From NCBI GenBank assembly GCA_963693365.1, contig CAVNZM010000011.1, forward strand, positions 4,162,639-4,226,638: a DNA stretch of 64,000 nt. Reading direction: 5' to 3'. Both the position numbers and the translations under genes were made by a program. Numbering within the stretch: position 1 is the stretch's first letter; the number at the start of each line of letters is the position of its first letter. Shown here piece by piece: positions 1 to 14,805 of the stretch. The notes below the pieces were generated by a model that worked only from the letters and a program-made list of their open reading frames with translations, made no database searches and was not told the DNA's origin. The stretch comes from Amoebidium appalachense. Taxonomy: Eukaryota > Protista > Ichthyosporea.

Positions 1-54
1 TCGGGCTTCTCTTCCTTTTCGTTTTTTTTTTTTTGGCTCAATAAGTATAGTTAA

Positions 55-1505
55 CCACTTTAACTCCACCCAATAGGCGCTTGGAACGAAAGTGTTCCGA
101 GAGTTTGACCAATTGAGATCGGCCAATCTTAACGGCAAATTCCGCGGATAAAATCAGGATAAGCCGCGTCGGGTAGTTCACCGACGCCATGTCAACAGTT
201 GTTGATGTTAGCGGCGCGCTAGAGGCGCTAGCAGGCTTATAACCCAAGCGAGGTCAGTTCCGCTAAATGATCTGAAAAGTGCGGTAAATCCCGGGAAAAA
301 CGGCACGAAATAGAATGAACACAAGGGTGCTCGTGGGATAACGTGCTTTTTTACACAAAGAGCAATGAGCAACATGTGTTATCAGTGATAAGGGTACCTC
401 AAGATGCCAAAATTACAGAAATCATAGCTACATGCATCTTTACGTGCATCTTTACTTCATCCAAGTGGATCCAACATGCCCAAGGCATGCAAGGCCCAAA
501 ATGGGGTTTTTGCACTTTCACAAAACGAATTTACGACTATGCCCCATAGACAGACAGAATGCTAGCCTTGGCCATGGACGCTGCTGTGCTTGCGATTTTC
601 GGTGAGGGCATGTGGAAGGTAGTAGCCATAGGCGCCTGGCCGGCTGTCTTGGAGCCTAACGATTGGTCATATATCTTTATAGCTTTATAAAGCTCGAGCT
701 GTGCACTACCGTGTGGTTGCCGTAATCCGATCCACGCATAAGGTGAATGCCTAAAACACAAAGGTAAACAGTGAATAAGAAAATAAAATCTATAAACAGC
801 ACAAGTAATATTAAACAAACACAATCATTACGATTTTCTTGCTAAACATAGTGCTTTTGCCAGCCTTTCTGCAATGTCACGATTGATCAGATCGTCTTGG
901 GCAACGTTCTACATCTTGTGGTGGGATATGGAATGAACAATCTCGACATGTACGGGCCACGCACTATATTGTGATCTGATAAACTTACGAATAACAACAA
1001 CAGGAAGGGGAAAAAAAAAGAAAAAGGAAAGAGAAAAGAAAAACAAAAAAGGAGAATGAAGCACCCTGTAAACCAGTAGACATGAAAATGTAGACCTATG
1101 CATGTTGTCTGCTTGATCACGCGATGGCAACTTGTGACTTCAGCATGCGCAAAGTTTGTCCTCTTTCCTTGCGTCCAATCAGCAGATAGATTCGCACAAG
1201 TCACTCAAGATTTTGCGGACGAATCAGAGAGTCTGCTCGCTCGCACGTTGCTTTGAACCCAACGTGGAAGCACACACGATAAGGCATTCCGAAAAACCAA
1301 AGTATATTTACCGATCGTCTTTATATAGAGAAACCAACCCATAGAAAAATAACAAAAACACGTACAAAGCACTTCTAGAACCAAAAATTATCAATATTTA
1401 TGGGTAATATATTTATCATATCAACTTTTCCAGTGGCTAACTGCCCGTTTTCGCGCCGTAAGCACACCTCGAAATTACATATAGGCCGCGGTGGAGTCAA
1501 AGTGG
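55..1505. mobile_element. Non-autonomous piggyBac-like DNA transposon (TTAA target site, 16-bp TIRs)
   Basis: Left end TTAA(51-54)+CCACTTTAACTCCACC(55-70). Right end GGTGGAGTCAAAGTGG(1490-1505)+TTAA(1506-1509), a 15/16 inverted match. CC...GG termini with TTAA duplication are piggyBac hallmarks. No transposase ORF inside. Confidence 0.8.
1124..1283 (+). pseudogene. Frameshifted fragment resembling the N-terminus of SIKE/FGFR1OP2
   Basis: Joined across frames it reads MATCDFSMRK..VQSADRFAQVTQDFADESESLLART/VALN/NVEAH. This matches the recalled family N-terminal pattern D..D..ESL...T.ALN..VEA but needs at least 2-3 frameshifts. It lies inside the TIR element. Confidence 0.5.
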
Positions 1506-1721
1506 TTAATGATGTTTGTTTGTTTGTTTGTTTGTTATCTGTTTATGTTTTTAATTTTTAATTTTTAATTATTTATTTATTTATATATTTATTTGGGGTT
1601 GCGGTTGGGGGGGGGGGGGGGGGGGGGCGCCATATTTCATATGGTTGGATGAATGGGTCGGTTGTGTGTCTCTCTGCGTGTGCACACACATGCTCCATTC
1701 GCTGCACACGCATGTGGGTGT

Positions 1722-1771
<50 letters not shown>

Positions 1772-1832
1772 GCGTGTGCGCGTGTGCGCGTGTTCGTGCC
1801 CAGAGGAGCTGAGTTCCATTTTTTTTTGCCAG

Positions 1833-2176
1833 ATCGACACAATCCAACAACAATACTCCTCTGAGATCCTAGTTCTCCGGCAAGCAAACGAGGAACAACG
1901 AAAACTGTATGAGCGTTCGGTGGCCGAAAACATTAATTTGCGGGAGAAAATAAAGGAGATGGCGTGTGTAATGGCACAGGCGGCAGATGAGGAAGAGAAG
2001 AGAGCTGAGAGGGACGAGAGGTGTGTGTGTTGTCTGCAACCCCCCCCCCCCCCCCCCCCCCCCTCCCCTCCCCGTGTCCCCCTCCCCTCCCCCCCCTTTG
2101 GCCCGCCGCCCCGCCCCTCCTTCCCCACATACACAGACACACTGACTCGCACATTCTTTTTTTCCATCCCCGGGGT

Positions 2177-2216
<40 letters not shown>

Positions 2217-2280
2217 ACCAACCAACCAACCACACACCACTGGGGGGGGGGGGGGGGGGGGGGGCAACCAACCAACCAAC

Positions 2281-2321
<41 letters not shown>

Positions 2322-2509
2322 AAAAAAAAAAGTTCCGACATTACTCCCATAAGCCATCCACATCCCTACACACGCATACCACACACATCCCCTCCCCCCC
2401 GATCCCCCGGGGCAGCCGGTCCCCTGCATGTGTTAATACTTGTGCTCGTTTTTGCATTTGTTTATCTTGCACCGTGCTTTTGTTTGCCTTTCTGGACCTG
2501 TACCGTATG

Positions 2510-2553
<44 letters not shown>

Positions 2554-2613
2554 ACACACAAACACACACACACAAACACATCACCAACACCACTCCACCA
2601 CTCCACCACCACC

Positions 2614-2657
<44 letters not shown>

Positions 2658-2913
2658 AAAAAGAAAGAAAGAAAGAAAGAAAGAAAAAGAAAAAAAAAAA
2701 GAAAGAAAGGAAAAAGTGAAAGGAAAAATGATCAAGAAACAAGATAAACCCTCGCCCCCACCTCGGAATGCATTAGTCCTGATGTCTTTTGATTGGGCCA
2801 AGCACTGACCATTCATTTCACTCGCTTCTAGGCTTCTGACGTCATTGGCAGCAGAAAACCAAGTCCTAAGGCAGCTCCTTGAAATTTCAGACGCCCAGCC
2901 ACCCCAAAACTAG
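1833..2913 (+). CDS. FGFR1OP2: SIKE/FGFR1OP2-family coiled-coil protein (STRIPAK component), last two exons 1833-2020 and 2832-2913
   Basis: Phase-compatible GT-AG splice gives ...ENINLREKIKEMACVMAQAADEEEKRAERDER|LLTSLAAENQVLRQLLEISDAQPPQN*. This resembles the family C-terminal motif I.EMA.VM..A......E.....L..EN..LR.lL.I. Earlier exons are presumably upstream of the window. Confidence 0.7.
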
Positions 2914-3232
2914 ATTGGGCAGGTGCTCACGTAAGGTGATGCAGGCTCATTGATCTGCTGGCGTAGATGTTGAGATGTAAAAGATTCCGACTGTATTTAT
3001 GTCGCAGATGTCCACTCATGTGCTAGGTTTTCCGTTATGTGTGACGGGATTATAAGAGAGAGATAGAAGGGGGAGGGAGGGAAGGGGGGGGGGGGGGGGG
3101 GGGGGGGGGAGGGCTTCTTCATAGATCTTATAATACAGTGGTTCTTGAGCTTTGTACATCTCACGGCATGTGTAATGTTCTCTTCATTTTTTCCTCCGGG
3201 ACCCTAATTGCCGTTAGAAAAGCTGGGGGAGG

Positions 3233-3264
<32 letters not shown>

Positions 3265-3513
3265 TATACATACGCGCTAGACAGTGTAATACAATCAAAG
3301 TTTTGCAGCCCGGAGCTGCGGCAGTGTCCCATGAATGAATGATATAGCCCTATGGGTATGAAATTAAAGTCCACTCTCACGTGTACCGTTACTTAAAACC
3401 ATGTATGCATTTATAGTTTTTGCACCTGACAGCTTAATATGTATATTTTGTAGGAGGGGTGTGCATATCGTAGTCGACCTGTTCAATAGAAGGTGCTGGC
3501 TCAGGACCACACA

Positions 3514-3558
<45 letters not shown>

Positions 3559-4002
3559 GCACGCACACACTACACACACGCACGCACACACGGAGCTGGC
3601 ACACACACACACAAGCAGTTTTTTCTGTTGTCTGAGTCCTTCAGTCCTTCACAATACATTGGGCAGTGCACTCTCGCTGGTATTAATATAGATTAGATAT
3701 ATAATACTGACCAACTTGATTATAGTATTTGTCATTGATAGTGATCATGACGTCAGTTACAGTGAAATAATGATATTTTCCCCAAACCATCTTAGTAACG
3801 TTTGAAGGTAAGACATATACCTGTCGGCATGTGCACGTGTATGCAGAATCGGCGAGCGGCTTCCCGGGCCCGATGCATGTGACCATGCACATTTATGGTC
3901 ATGGAATCCCACATACTGAAAGCTTTTAATTCATGCATATATGATCAAGCATTCACCTCTCCCGGGCCCTGCAATTCATGATCATTATGGCCCGATGATG
4001 CT

Positions 4003-4089
<87 letters not shown>

Positions 4090-4163
4090 GTGACCGCACT
4101 CATGCGGTGCGTGTACGTGTGTGGTGTGTGTGTGTGTGTGTGTGTGCACGTGTGTGTGTCTGT

Positions 4164-4211
<48 letters not shown>

Positions 4212-4554
4212 TGTGGTGGATGTGTGTGTGGTGTGTGCGGGTGACGGCACACATGCGGTGTGTGTGTGCACGTGTGCGTGTATTTGAGCCCGCCTGCAGC
4301 TGTGCGAAATACTGGGTCATGACAACCCTGGTTTGGGCTACATATGACTACTACTCAGCCGTCCGTTTTTTTCAAAGTTTCCTTACTTTTCCGAAAGTTC
4401 TCTCTCAGAGCATCTCCTAGATCTTCTGCTTCTTCTTCTTCTTCTTCTTCTCCTTCTTCTTCTCCTTCTTCTTCTTCTTCTTCTTTTTTTTTTTCTCGAT
4501 GCATGTAGTCGTGGCGGCGGCGGCGGCGGTAGTGGTGGTGGTGGTGGTGGTGGT

Positions 4555-4609
<55 letters not shown>

Positions 4610-4627
4610 GAGGGCGCTATTACGTTC

Positions 4628-4986
4628 GAAGTACATACCATACAATGGACTTTTTTTTTTTTTTTTAAAAAAAAAGGAACAACACGACGCAGAGTGCAGA
4701 CCACACATAAAGAGTAATGCATATAAAGCAGAGCCCATGATCATCAGGAGGGGCCCACGTCATCCACATTACTAACGGCGAGTTTCGTCCCCGGGCACAT
4801 CGCAAAGAAATGAACTCAGACATCTCAAAGCTTTACTTAAACGTTAACAACGGTGGGTCACTTTGTTTTGATCAGAGACGAGCAGGGCCGCCACAGTACT
4901 TATGCGAGCAGGCAACAGGCAACTGAGGGTAGCGGGAAAGGCCGGGTGTTAAGGTTATAGCAGTATGTAAGCCGCTTAGCAAGAAC
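4628..4986. repeat. Dispersed ~300-bp repeat family, copy 1
   Basis: Collinear diverged similarity to 52278-52556 (CATAAAGAGTA, GCAGAGCCCAT, GGGCCCACGTCATCCACA, CGAGTTTCG, AACTCAGA, GATCAGAGACGAGCAGGG, GGGAAAGGCCGGG). A short partial copy lies near 10724-10765. Confidence 0.8.
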
Positions 4987-5982
4987 AGGGGTGTGGTGGG
5001 GGGGAGGTGGGGGGAGGTGGGGAGGGGGGGGGGGGGGGGGGGGGGGTAAGGGGAGGAGGTTTCGAGTCTTTGTGGTTACCTTTGAAACCAAGCGGTGAGA
5101 AATGACAAATATACCGGACATCAAATTTTTTTTTTTTTTTTGATGCCACACTTTATTCTCAAAAAAACGGCCAACTATTCACATACGCACCATTGCCGTT
5201 GTCAGGGATTAATGTTGTGGTTAATCAAGAAGAACCATTCATAGAGTAAAAGAGTCGCATCTCAAATATACTTAGTGCATGCTCTGTAGGTACCACCGAG
5301 TACTAGTGGGTAGTTCAAGGCATTCATACTTCTCAGTACCAAATATTTACATACTTCATTATAGTCATGATGTGCATTAATATATTAACAACTGGATCTC
5401 ATTGGTTAATTAAACATCGCACTGGGCCGTGGGTTGGGACTCTTCGGTGTGGCTGGTGGGTCCCTCGGGTTTAATTTGCAGATTCTGAATGGGAAGAAGG
5501 GCAAATTTCAGAATGTAGTACAATGGAAAACCAGGGCGGAGTTTTAACCTCTTTCAGCCCACCACTTCCACAACTTGCGCTTTCAAACTGGTTATTCAAT
5601 CCACACGCTCTAAAAGCAACCTTTAAAGCAGCCTTTGCCAACAGCTGGTTGTAAGCTAGACTTTCCTGATCTTTCACTTGCATGTATATGTGAGGGAGAG
5701 CCGCAAGCAGTTGTTGTATGATAGTATGTGTGTGTCCATGCTTGTGAGTCACCGGGACCTGGTACTGTTTCCATGTGTGCTCTATATCGATACAGTAGCT
5801 CGCATAACCACAATGTCACGTTTACAGTGTGTGCACAGTCCTGCATGTGTGTGTGTGGTTCAGTAGACTAATAGATTGTTGTCACTGACACTTATGGCAT
5901 AAGATATAAAACTTCCAGCAATGAGATGGGCTGTTGTTAATTGTGTTATCAAACATGTTCGATGCATGCTCTTTCTACGGAA

Positions 5983-6017
<35 letters not shown>

Positions 6018-6163
6018 AGAGGGGGGGCACGTGTATTTGCAAGGATGGCAACAACAAACAAAAACAACCCACTCCAAAAACCACCTGTTCACTGTCGCAT
6101 TGTGTTTCCAAACCAAATCCACAACCGTGACACCCACCCACACCACCCACCTGCTCATTTGCC

Positions 6164-7661
6164 TCATGATGCGTTGACGAGTTCATCTCTGCAGGGCGCT
6201 GGTCCCCCCACACCGACCAATTCAACCAACCCTTTCTTGTCGTCTTGTAGCTCACTAACTGAAGAACGGGTGGGCGTGCGGGCACCTCCCATCTTGCCTG
6301 TAACGCTTGCGTACAGAATTGATCCAAGGCCTGTACGGCGACGGAGAAACGAACCATCGAAGACCAACCGACGCACGCATTGATGGTGTGGTAGGGTTTA
6401 AACTGGTTGAATAGCATCAAAACCATGTACGCTATGATGGTGACACCCAAAGTACGGAGGTTGGCATACATGTCGTTGAAGCGGATGGACGCAGGGCTTG
6501 CTTTAAAGAGGTAGTACCCACTTAAAGGAGCGTAGACTAGGCCTAGGCCTACCAACCCAGCCACTCCATAGCGGGTACCCCGGGGATGATGATAGTCTAC
6601 TACACGCCAAACTACATATGACGGCATACATATGGAAAAACTCAGCAGAGTCCACCCCAGTGCCCACATCAATAGAGTGCGATTATGTAACCGCATACTG
6701 GGACTGCGATTGTTGAATACATGTGCTATTATCCGTTGGCGCAGAGCCAGAACAGAAAAGAAGAAGAAACCAAAAATATAACGATTGTAAACGTGGCGAA
6801 TACAATGTTGGCAGTGTAGGTTTTCTGTGTGTTTAAAACCTCAGGCTTGGAATAGTCCAGGTCCAGGGGGAACTCATTAAACACAAAGAGATATGACGAA
6901 GACATAAATAGCGTTGTAATAATATTCAGGCTGCCAACCGTAAATAGCAGTACCAAATATAGACGTCCACGCGATTTCACCACTGCGTGGTTCCGATGGC
7001 GATACACGAGCGCAGCAATGACGAACAGGGGCAAAACCCCCAAAAGCGTAAATATGGCCTCATACTTAAAGATCTGCCAGCCATCCTTTCTCGCTTTTCC
7101 GACCACCGACCTGAAAGTTTCGACTTGGCTCCGGAGCCCATCCTCTGCCGCATGCACCGCCGTGGCGTCATATGGGTGCTGGTTTTGCGTAAAACTCACT
7201 CGTTCTTGGGCGATCTTTAACTCATCGGATGCTAGATACACCGTCACGTAAGGGGAGAACGCAGTGACATTTGTGCAGAGATCCAGAAACAAAGTCTCGA
7301 TGCCTATGGCAACAATCAGTACGATAAAGTGAGCCAAAAACGTTTGCTTCAAATACGAGCGTGCGTTGGCCCTCCGTTTCTCCTTGTACACCCGTTTCTG
7401 CCCCTCAACATCCTCCCCAGAGCCTTCCTCGGTGTCTTTCTTTAACAGTTCCAGGTGATGGCTCTTCTTCCCTTCCGTGCTATTTTTAGTCTCCGGGCGG
7501 TCACGTGATTGCGGGATGATAGGGTTGCCCTCTACTACAACGTTAACAATCGCTCCTCCCTCCAAACTGGATGCTGTGGTGCTATCGATTCTTAGTTTTG
7601 CACTTGCGGTTGGGTGAAGGGAAAAGGGGGCTATGGGCGACGTTGTGGATGGCTGCTGCAT
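6164..7661 (-). pseudogene. Intronless multi-pass membrane protein, class C (7tm_3/GABA-B-like) GPCR-like, disrupted by frameshifts
   Basis: ORFs 6729-7787 and 5860-6696 join through a frameshift near 6745 (..FW/LRQRIIAHVFNNRSPSMRLHNR). There are about 7-8 hydrophobic segments. YRHRNHAVVKSR after TM1, RIIAHVF after TM3 and IRFND before TM6 resemble class C 7TM motifs. A probable second frameshift near 6330 leads into LGSILYASVTGK...NAS*. Could be assembly errors rather than true decay. Confidence 0.6.
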
Positions 7662-7681
7662 CTCGGAACAAACACCTCTGG

Positions 7682-7844
7682 GGGCACAATGACTGTTTGT
7701 GCGTGATGTGTGCGCGGGCAGTAAGGAGTACTTGAAGCCTTTAAGCCATTTATAGTTGTGGGCACAATGACTGTTTGTGCGTGACACGGTATGTGTGTGC
7801 GGGCAGTAAGGAGTACTTGAAGACTTTAAGCCATTTATAGTTGT
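7682..7844. repeat. Tandem duplication of ~80 bp upstream of the 7TM gene
   Basis: GGGCACAATGACTGTTTGTGCGTGA...TTAAGCCATTTATAGTTGT occurs at 7682 and 7760. Confidence 0.9.
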
Positions 7845-8776
7845 GTTGTCTCAAAAACAAGGCGTGGAACCTGCATGGTCGGTAAACAAGAGGTTTTGGG
7901 ATGTGGTGAAGGACAGAAACCGATTGTGGGAAACATTAATTTGCAGTCAAACAACTCTCGCAAACACACCTGTGAACACACACATAGGATAGGGCACACG
8001 TGAATACACGGCACATACACCTGAACACTTTCTGCACGTATTTAGGGTGAATGAACGTCAAGCAAGCACTCACGTACTGCAGACATGCCCATGTATCCAC
8101 AGGCAGAAAAATACACACAAACGCGCGCGCTCGCACGCGCGCGCGCGCACACACACACACAAACTATTATGATTGCATTACTCATGTATTCATAGCTCCT
8201 TCATGTCCAGCAGAGTCATTGCCAGGTATCATGCAGTATAACATCACATGAGTAAAGTCTGACTTTGCTGCCTGTCAAACCCCACAGCGAGCTGATCTAA
8301 GTGCATGTACTCAGAATGGTTGCCTTTCAGTTGAACAAAAGCTCCAGATCCGTGTGCAGCGTGTGTGATCGGCCAACAACATGCTCTGCTTGAAAGAAGA
8401 GCCAGAATATTTGTAGAAAGTTTCAATTTGCTGCTGAGTTTATCTTACGGCATGCGCAAGCACTTCAACCAAGGCGACGTATCAAAATAAAAAGTGCACA
8501 TAGGCTATGTGTCATGATACACACTATTCCGCCTGTCCCCAACGAAACTCGAAGGGACTAAAGAAACAAACACAAGGCTGCCAGGAAGGTGCATGTCACA
8601 CCGTCACCGTGATAAGGAAACACTACACATAAGTGCAACAGGACAGAACGAACCCACCGTGACTTTTCATGGCCATGCGCCCATGGGTCAGGAGCAGGGT
8701 ATGAAATTACTAATGTGTGTATGGGGACAACTTCAAGAAGTTAATAAACAGCACATTCCCCCCCACTTCAAGAAGC

Positions 8777-9326
8777 CACGCTCACAGAATTGACACTGGA
8801 AGTGGAACCTCGAAAAGTATCCCTAACTTTTTATTAGGGGCTCTAATACAGCCATAATGGTAAATAAAAAATACCCCTAAAAGACGGTTGGTGGTTTTAT
8901 TAGGGCCATCCAAGCGGGGGAAGCGATAAGGCGTTATAATGGCACCAGCCAAAAACCCACTTCAAGCCCTGACCGGCATGAGTATGATGAGGGCCGATGG
9001 GTCTGGCTCACTGAGTCAAGACATTGGACGGCTATACCGTACCCAAAAATACCTAAACCCAAACCTAGATTTTAAACCCAGATGTCACGCATGCGGCATG
9101 ACCGCCGCTTCGCATCACGCCTATGTATTATAACAAAACAAAGAAGTGTATGCTATAATGAAGCATTATAAAACATACAAATATTTAATGTTGCGTATTA
9201 AGATAATATTTTTAGGCCGAAAATGTACCAGAAATATACCTAACATCTTAGTTCTTGGCGTTTTCTTGCTTCTTCTTGTTGTCGCTGAAGATTTGGGTTT
9301 GGGTTTAGGAATCTAGAAGGCCCCCC

Positions 9327-9365
<39 letters not shown>

Positions 9366-10209
9366 TAGATTCCTATTCTAAACCCAGATTTTGGGCTTTA
9401 CAACCCAAATTACCTGCCTTATTTGGAAAAGATGTGCTATTAAAGAGGCGCTTTTCTTAAAAGATTCAGGTGCTCGATGGTGATCTATGGCATATCCGGC
9501 CACGTGGTGATTGGTAGCAGATTGAAACGCAGTATTTCGCTATCCAATCGACCGTCAGTACTAATATTAAATCTAGGAATCTGGGTTTAAGTTTGGGTAT
9601 TTGGGTGAGGTATGCCCAATCGCCCATTGAATGGAATGCCGTATGGTATGCACACGGTGCATACATGATACGGTGCGTATGTGACATGACGCATGGCCAC
9701 ATATTATGGTGCGTCACCTGAATATATGACTTTGTGTAATAGGTGAGATTCAAGCATATATAATACATGTATATATATGCATTAGTATGTGTTATATAAT
9801 ACACGTTGTTAGGTTATGAAACATAATGTGTTATGAGTATGACTGTCAACGGGCAGTCGGCAACTATGTCCAAAAGATTTAGGAATTGGAAGTGAGCCAA
9901 TCGTCGTTACGTTTGGCACAATAAACCGCGCGATTAGATTGGTGTAAACTGCACCAGATCGCTGATTGGAGGAAATCTTTTGATCTTGTTATCACTTACA
10001 TACCAAGGTGTGAGATTTGTTCTGGCTAGTGCCTTTTTAGCAATGCCCCCCCTTGTCTTGTGGGATGGCCCTAATAGAGCCACCAAAAGTGTTTAGGGGT
10101 ATTTTTCTAAAATTTGGCTGTTACATACCCACTGGGTGGAAACTTGGTGGGTTAAACCCCAAATTTTTGGGACACATCTCGGGGTTTCTGGGACTATTAT
10201 GTGAGTGTG
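8777..10209. mobile_element. Non-autonomous CACTA/CMC-like DNA transposon with long imperfect TIRs and internal inverted repeats
   Basis: Termini CACGCTCACAGAAT / ATTATGTGAGTGTG. Block AAAAATACCCCTAAA...TTGGTGG..TATTAGGGCCATCC (8866-8911) is inverted at about 10063-10106. Nested (T)AAACCCA/CCTAGA motifs occur in both orientations at 9040-9085, 9290-9390 and 9570-9606. No clean TSD. Confidence 0.55.
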
Positions 10210-10324
10210 ACCACTGCCACTGACCATTGCAGCCCTGAAACACAGAAAAGTGCCGTCACCGAGTCCCGACGCCCTACTAATTGCAATTTCTTTATTTCAG
10301 CTGCGGTTCTGTAGAGACAACGTT

Positions 10325-11297
<973 letters not shown>

Positions 11298-11837
11298 TGT
11301 GTTTGTGTGAGGGGAGAACTGCCTAGGAAGGGGGGGGGGGGGGGGAGGTAGGGGGGGGAGAGAGAGGGGGGGGGGGGGGGGGGGGGGGACACCCCAGTGT
11401 TTGATCGATTAATGTCGAATTCTCCACCGTAATTTGCTCCGGATCGATATCGATCCGTACACGTATAGTTGCGCTCAACAGTTTTTTCACGTTTCAGAAA
11501 CGCTATGCCCCATACTGCCATCCCTCGGGTCGCAGTGCTCTAGCAACCAGAAACGGTTAAATTAGTAAAACCCTGTGATTGCAATGAGTTACAGTGTCGT
11601 GATGTGGCGCCACGTGGCCGCCCTATGCTATTGGCTCCCCGTCACGGCGCACCATATCCAATACTGCACATGATAATAATTCCATTTGCACTCGGCCGTG
11701 TTCAAACGACCTGAGTGTTAAATTTACTTTAAAAAGCTCTCACTCGGTGAGAAGAACAGTATTAAAACGATAGTGAAAAAAATTGGTTAGCGTTTTAAAT
11801 TTTGGAATTGGACCGATATGACGGAATATCTCCTCAC

Positions 11838-12907
<1,070 letters not shown>

Positions 12908-14749
12908 AGAGCTCTCGTGCACGGCCAATGTGTGTAAAATAACTTGATTGTAACATTGATAAAAAAAATTGTGTGCGAACCCTTGTGGGCTGCTCAATGA
13001 GCTCATGTGCACGCACAATGATCCGGCCATGTCATATGGAGCGGAGAATGCAGCGATACACCCGAGGTTTCGCTCCCATCTAGTTCGCACAGATACCATA
13101 TATGGAGCGAGCAAACAAGTCGGGTGGCACTTCCAAGAGCTAAACATGCATAAAGATAATAAATGTATAGATGAACAAAAACCTGTTCACTTTTCCACAG
13201 GAAAAAAATGCTTGTGGGTGTGTTTATCGGTGCTAGTGTTAACATAATTGGGTCCTCACGGAGTGGGGCTGGGGGCTGGGGCACGGGCCGGAAACCGAGG
13301 TTTCACAATAGGTGGCGCTTGGTGGCAGACTTACCATATAAAGAAAAAAGTGGATGCAATTTTAGCCAATCACTTCTCAGACGAAGAGCGCGGCAAAACG
13401 CTTTTTGTAACATTTCAGGCGAAGGGACACAAAACAGAGAAGGTGCGTTTTAGAGCAAAAAAACAAGTGTGCAGGAAGGCTTGCAAGCGCGGATGAAGGT
13501 TTTCCCTCTTTTCTTTCTCTCTTTCTGCTTTTACGTATGTTTTTGGTAGCCCTCGTAGAAGTTTTCGCCAGAAGACACGGAGCTGTCACCGGCTGAATCT
13601 GGACAAGGCTTTGTGTAGGTATGCACCTTGAACATGAACCTGGAAGGATTTTTTTAACAATTCAAAAGAAGTGAAGGAATCTTTGGAATCTCTTTAGTCT
13701 GAGGAACTGTACATCTCTGTAGGCAGATAGGAAGGATATGTCTATAAGTGTTTCTATTTTCTTCCCCCTCATTCTCAGTTTCCCAAATGTTACAAGGAGG
13801 AATGTATGGGTACTATGGGGCCAAGGAGGCGCGCTCGAACCAGCAACAGAACATGTCAGGCAAGTGCTTAAATTCTACCTCCCCACCCATCCTTTTCCCC
13901 CCTCCTCTTCCCCTTTACACCTCCCCTCCCGTATACGGGAAGAAGATGGTTTCATTTCAGGTTGCAGATTGGTAATGCTCACCTAACCCCATTCTTTGGA
14001 GTTTGCTTGAAAGCAGTTGTTAAACTATGCTGGACCTTACACGCTAGTGTTTTCGTTGCGAGGTGATTTCTGGTCGGGGTTTTCCCTTAACAACCCCAAG
14101 CCATTTTCTCGGGCTTACATCCAACAGATTTTTCCTCTCGCACATTTCTGGCACACAAGCCGATGCAATTCAAAATATGTTGCATGTCTACTACTGATAT
14201 AGCTCGAGCACAACCTGATTCCATCTACCATCACCTGCCCATCCTAAGGGCTTTATCCGACCCAACGTCCACCTGCCCCTTTTTCAAGTGTTCCTTCACA
14301 GGGGTTCGGCCCTCCCGGTGGTCTCCCTCTCCAACCACCCTGACGTGCTCCACAACCCACGCCTAGTTGGAACGGCATAACATGGGATCCCAACACGCCG
14401 AGCTATTGGCCGACTTGTTCCCTACCGCCTCAGCACTTGATGCCGCCTCACCCATACCCTCAAGGCTATAATTACCAGGTAAGATGTTTAGTTGTGCACG
14501 TGGGCGGTCGTTGCGTGTTGTTTGTCCTTAGGCTGCTTGCTCCTTATGTGTATTGAGTAACATATATCCACGTCGACTTTCGTGATGTGGGCACCTTATG
14601 GCATCGAAACTTGTTTTACTAAGCATGTCGCTCATTCCCGCAACATTTAATCTTCAGTTACCAAATTTAGGCATTTTTATTCCACCACATCGTCATACAC
14701 CCTCCGACCTCACGACCCACCCATCCTCCCCCGCCCCCCTCCCCCTCCC

Positions 14750-14805
<56 letters not shown>

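Noticed and set aside
5471-5752. 93-aa minus-strand ORF as a further exon or gene (likewise 537-824)
   Set aside because: No recognisable motif and no convincing splice partner.
9040-9610. TTTGGG/TTTAGG telomere-like motifs
   Set aside because: Only 2-3 irregular units, better explained as subterminal repeats of the CACTA-like element.
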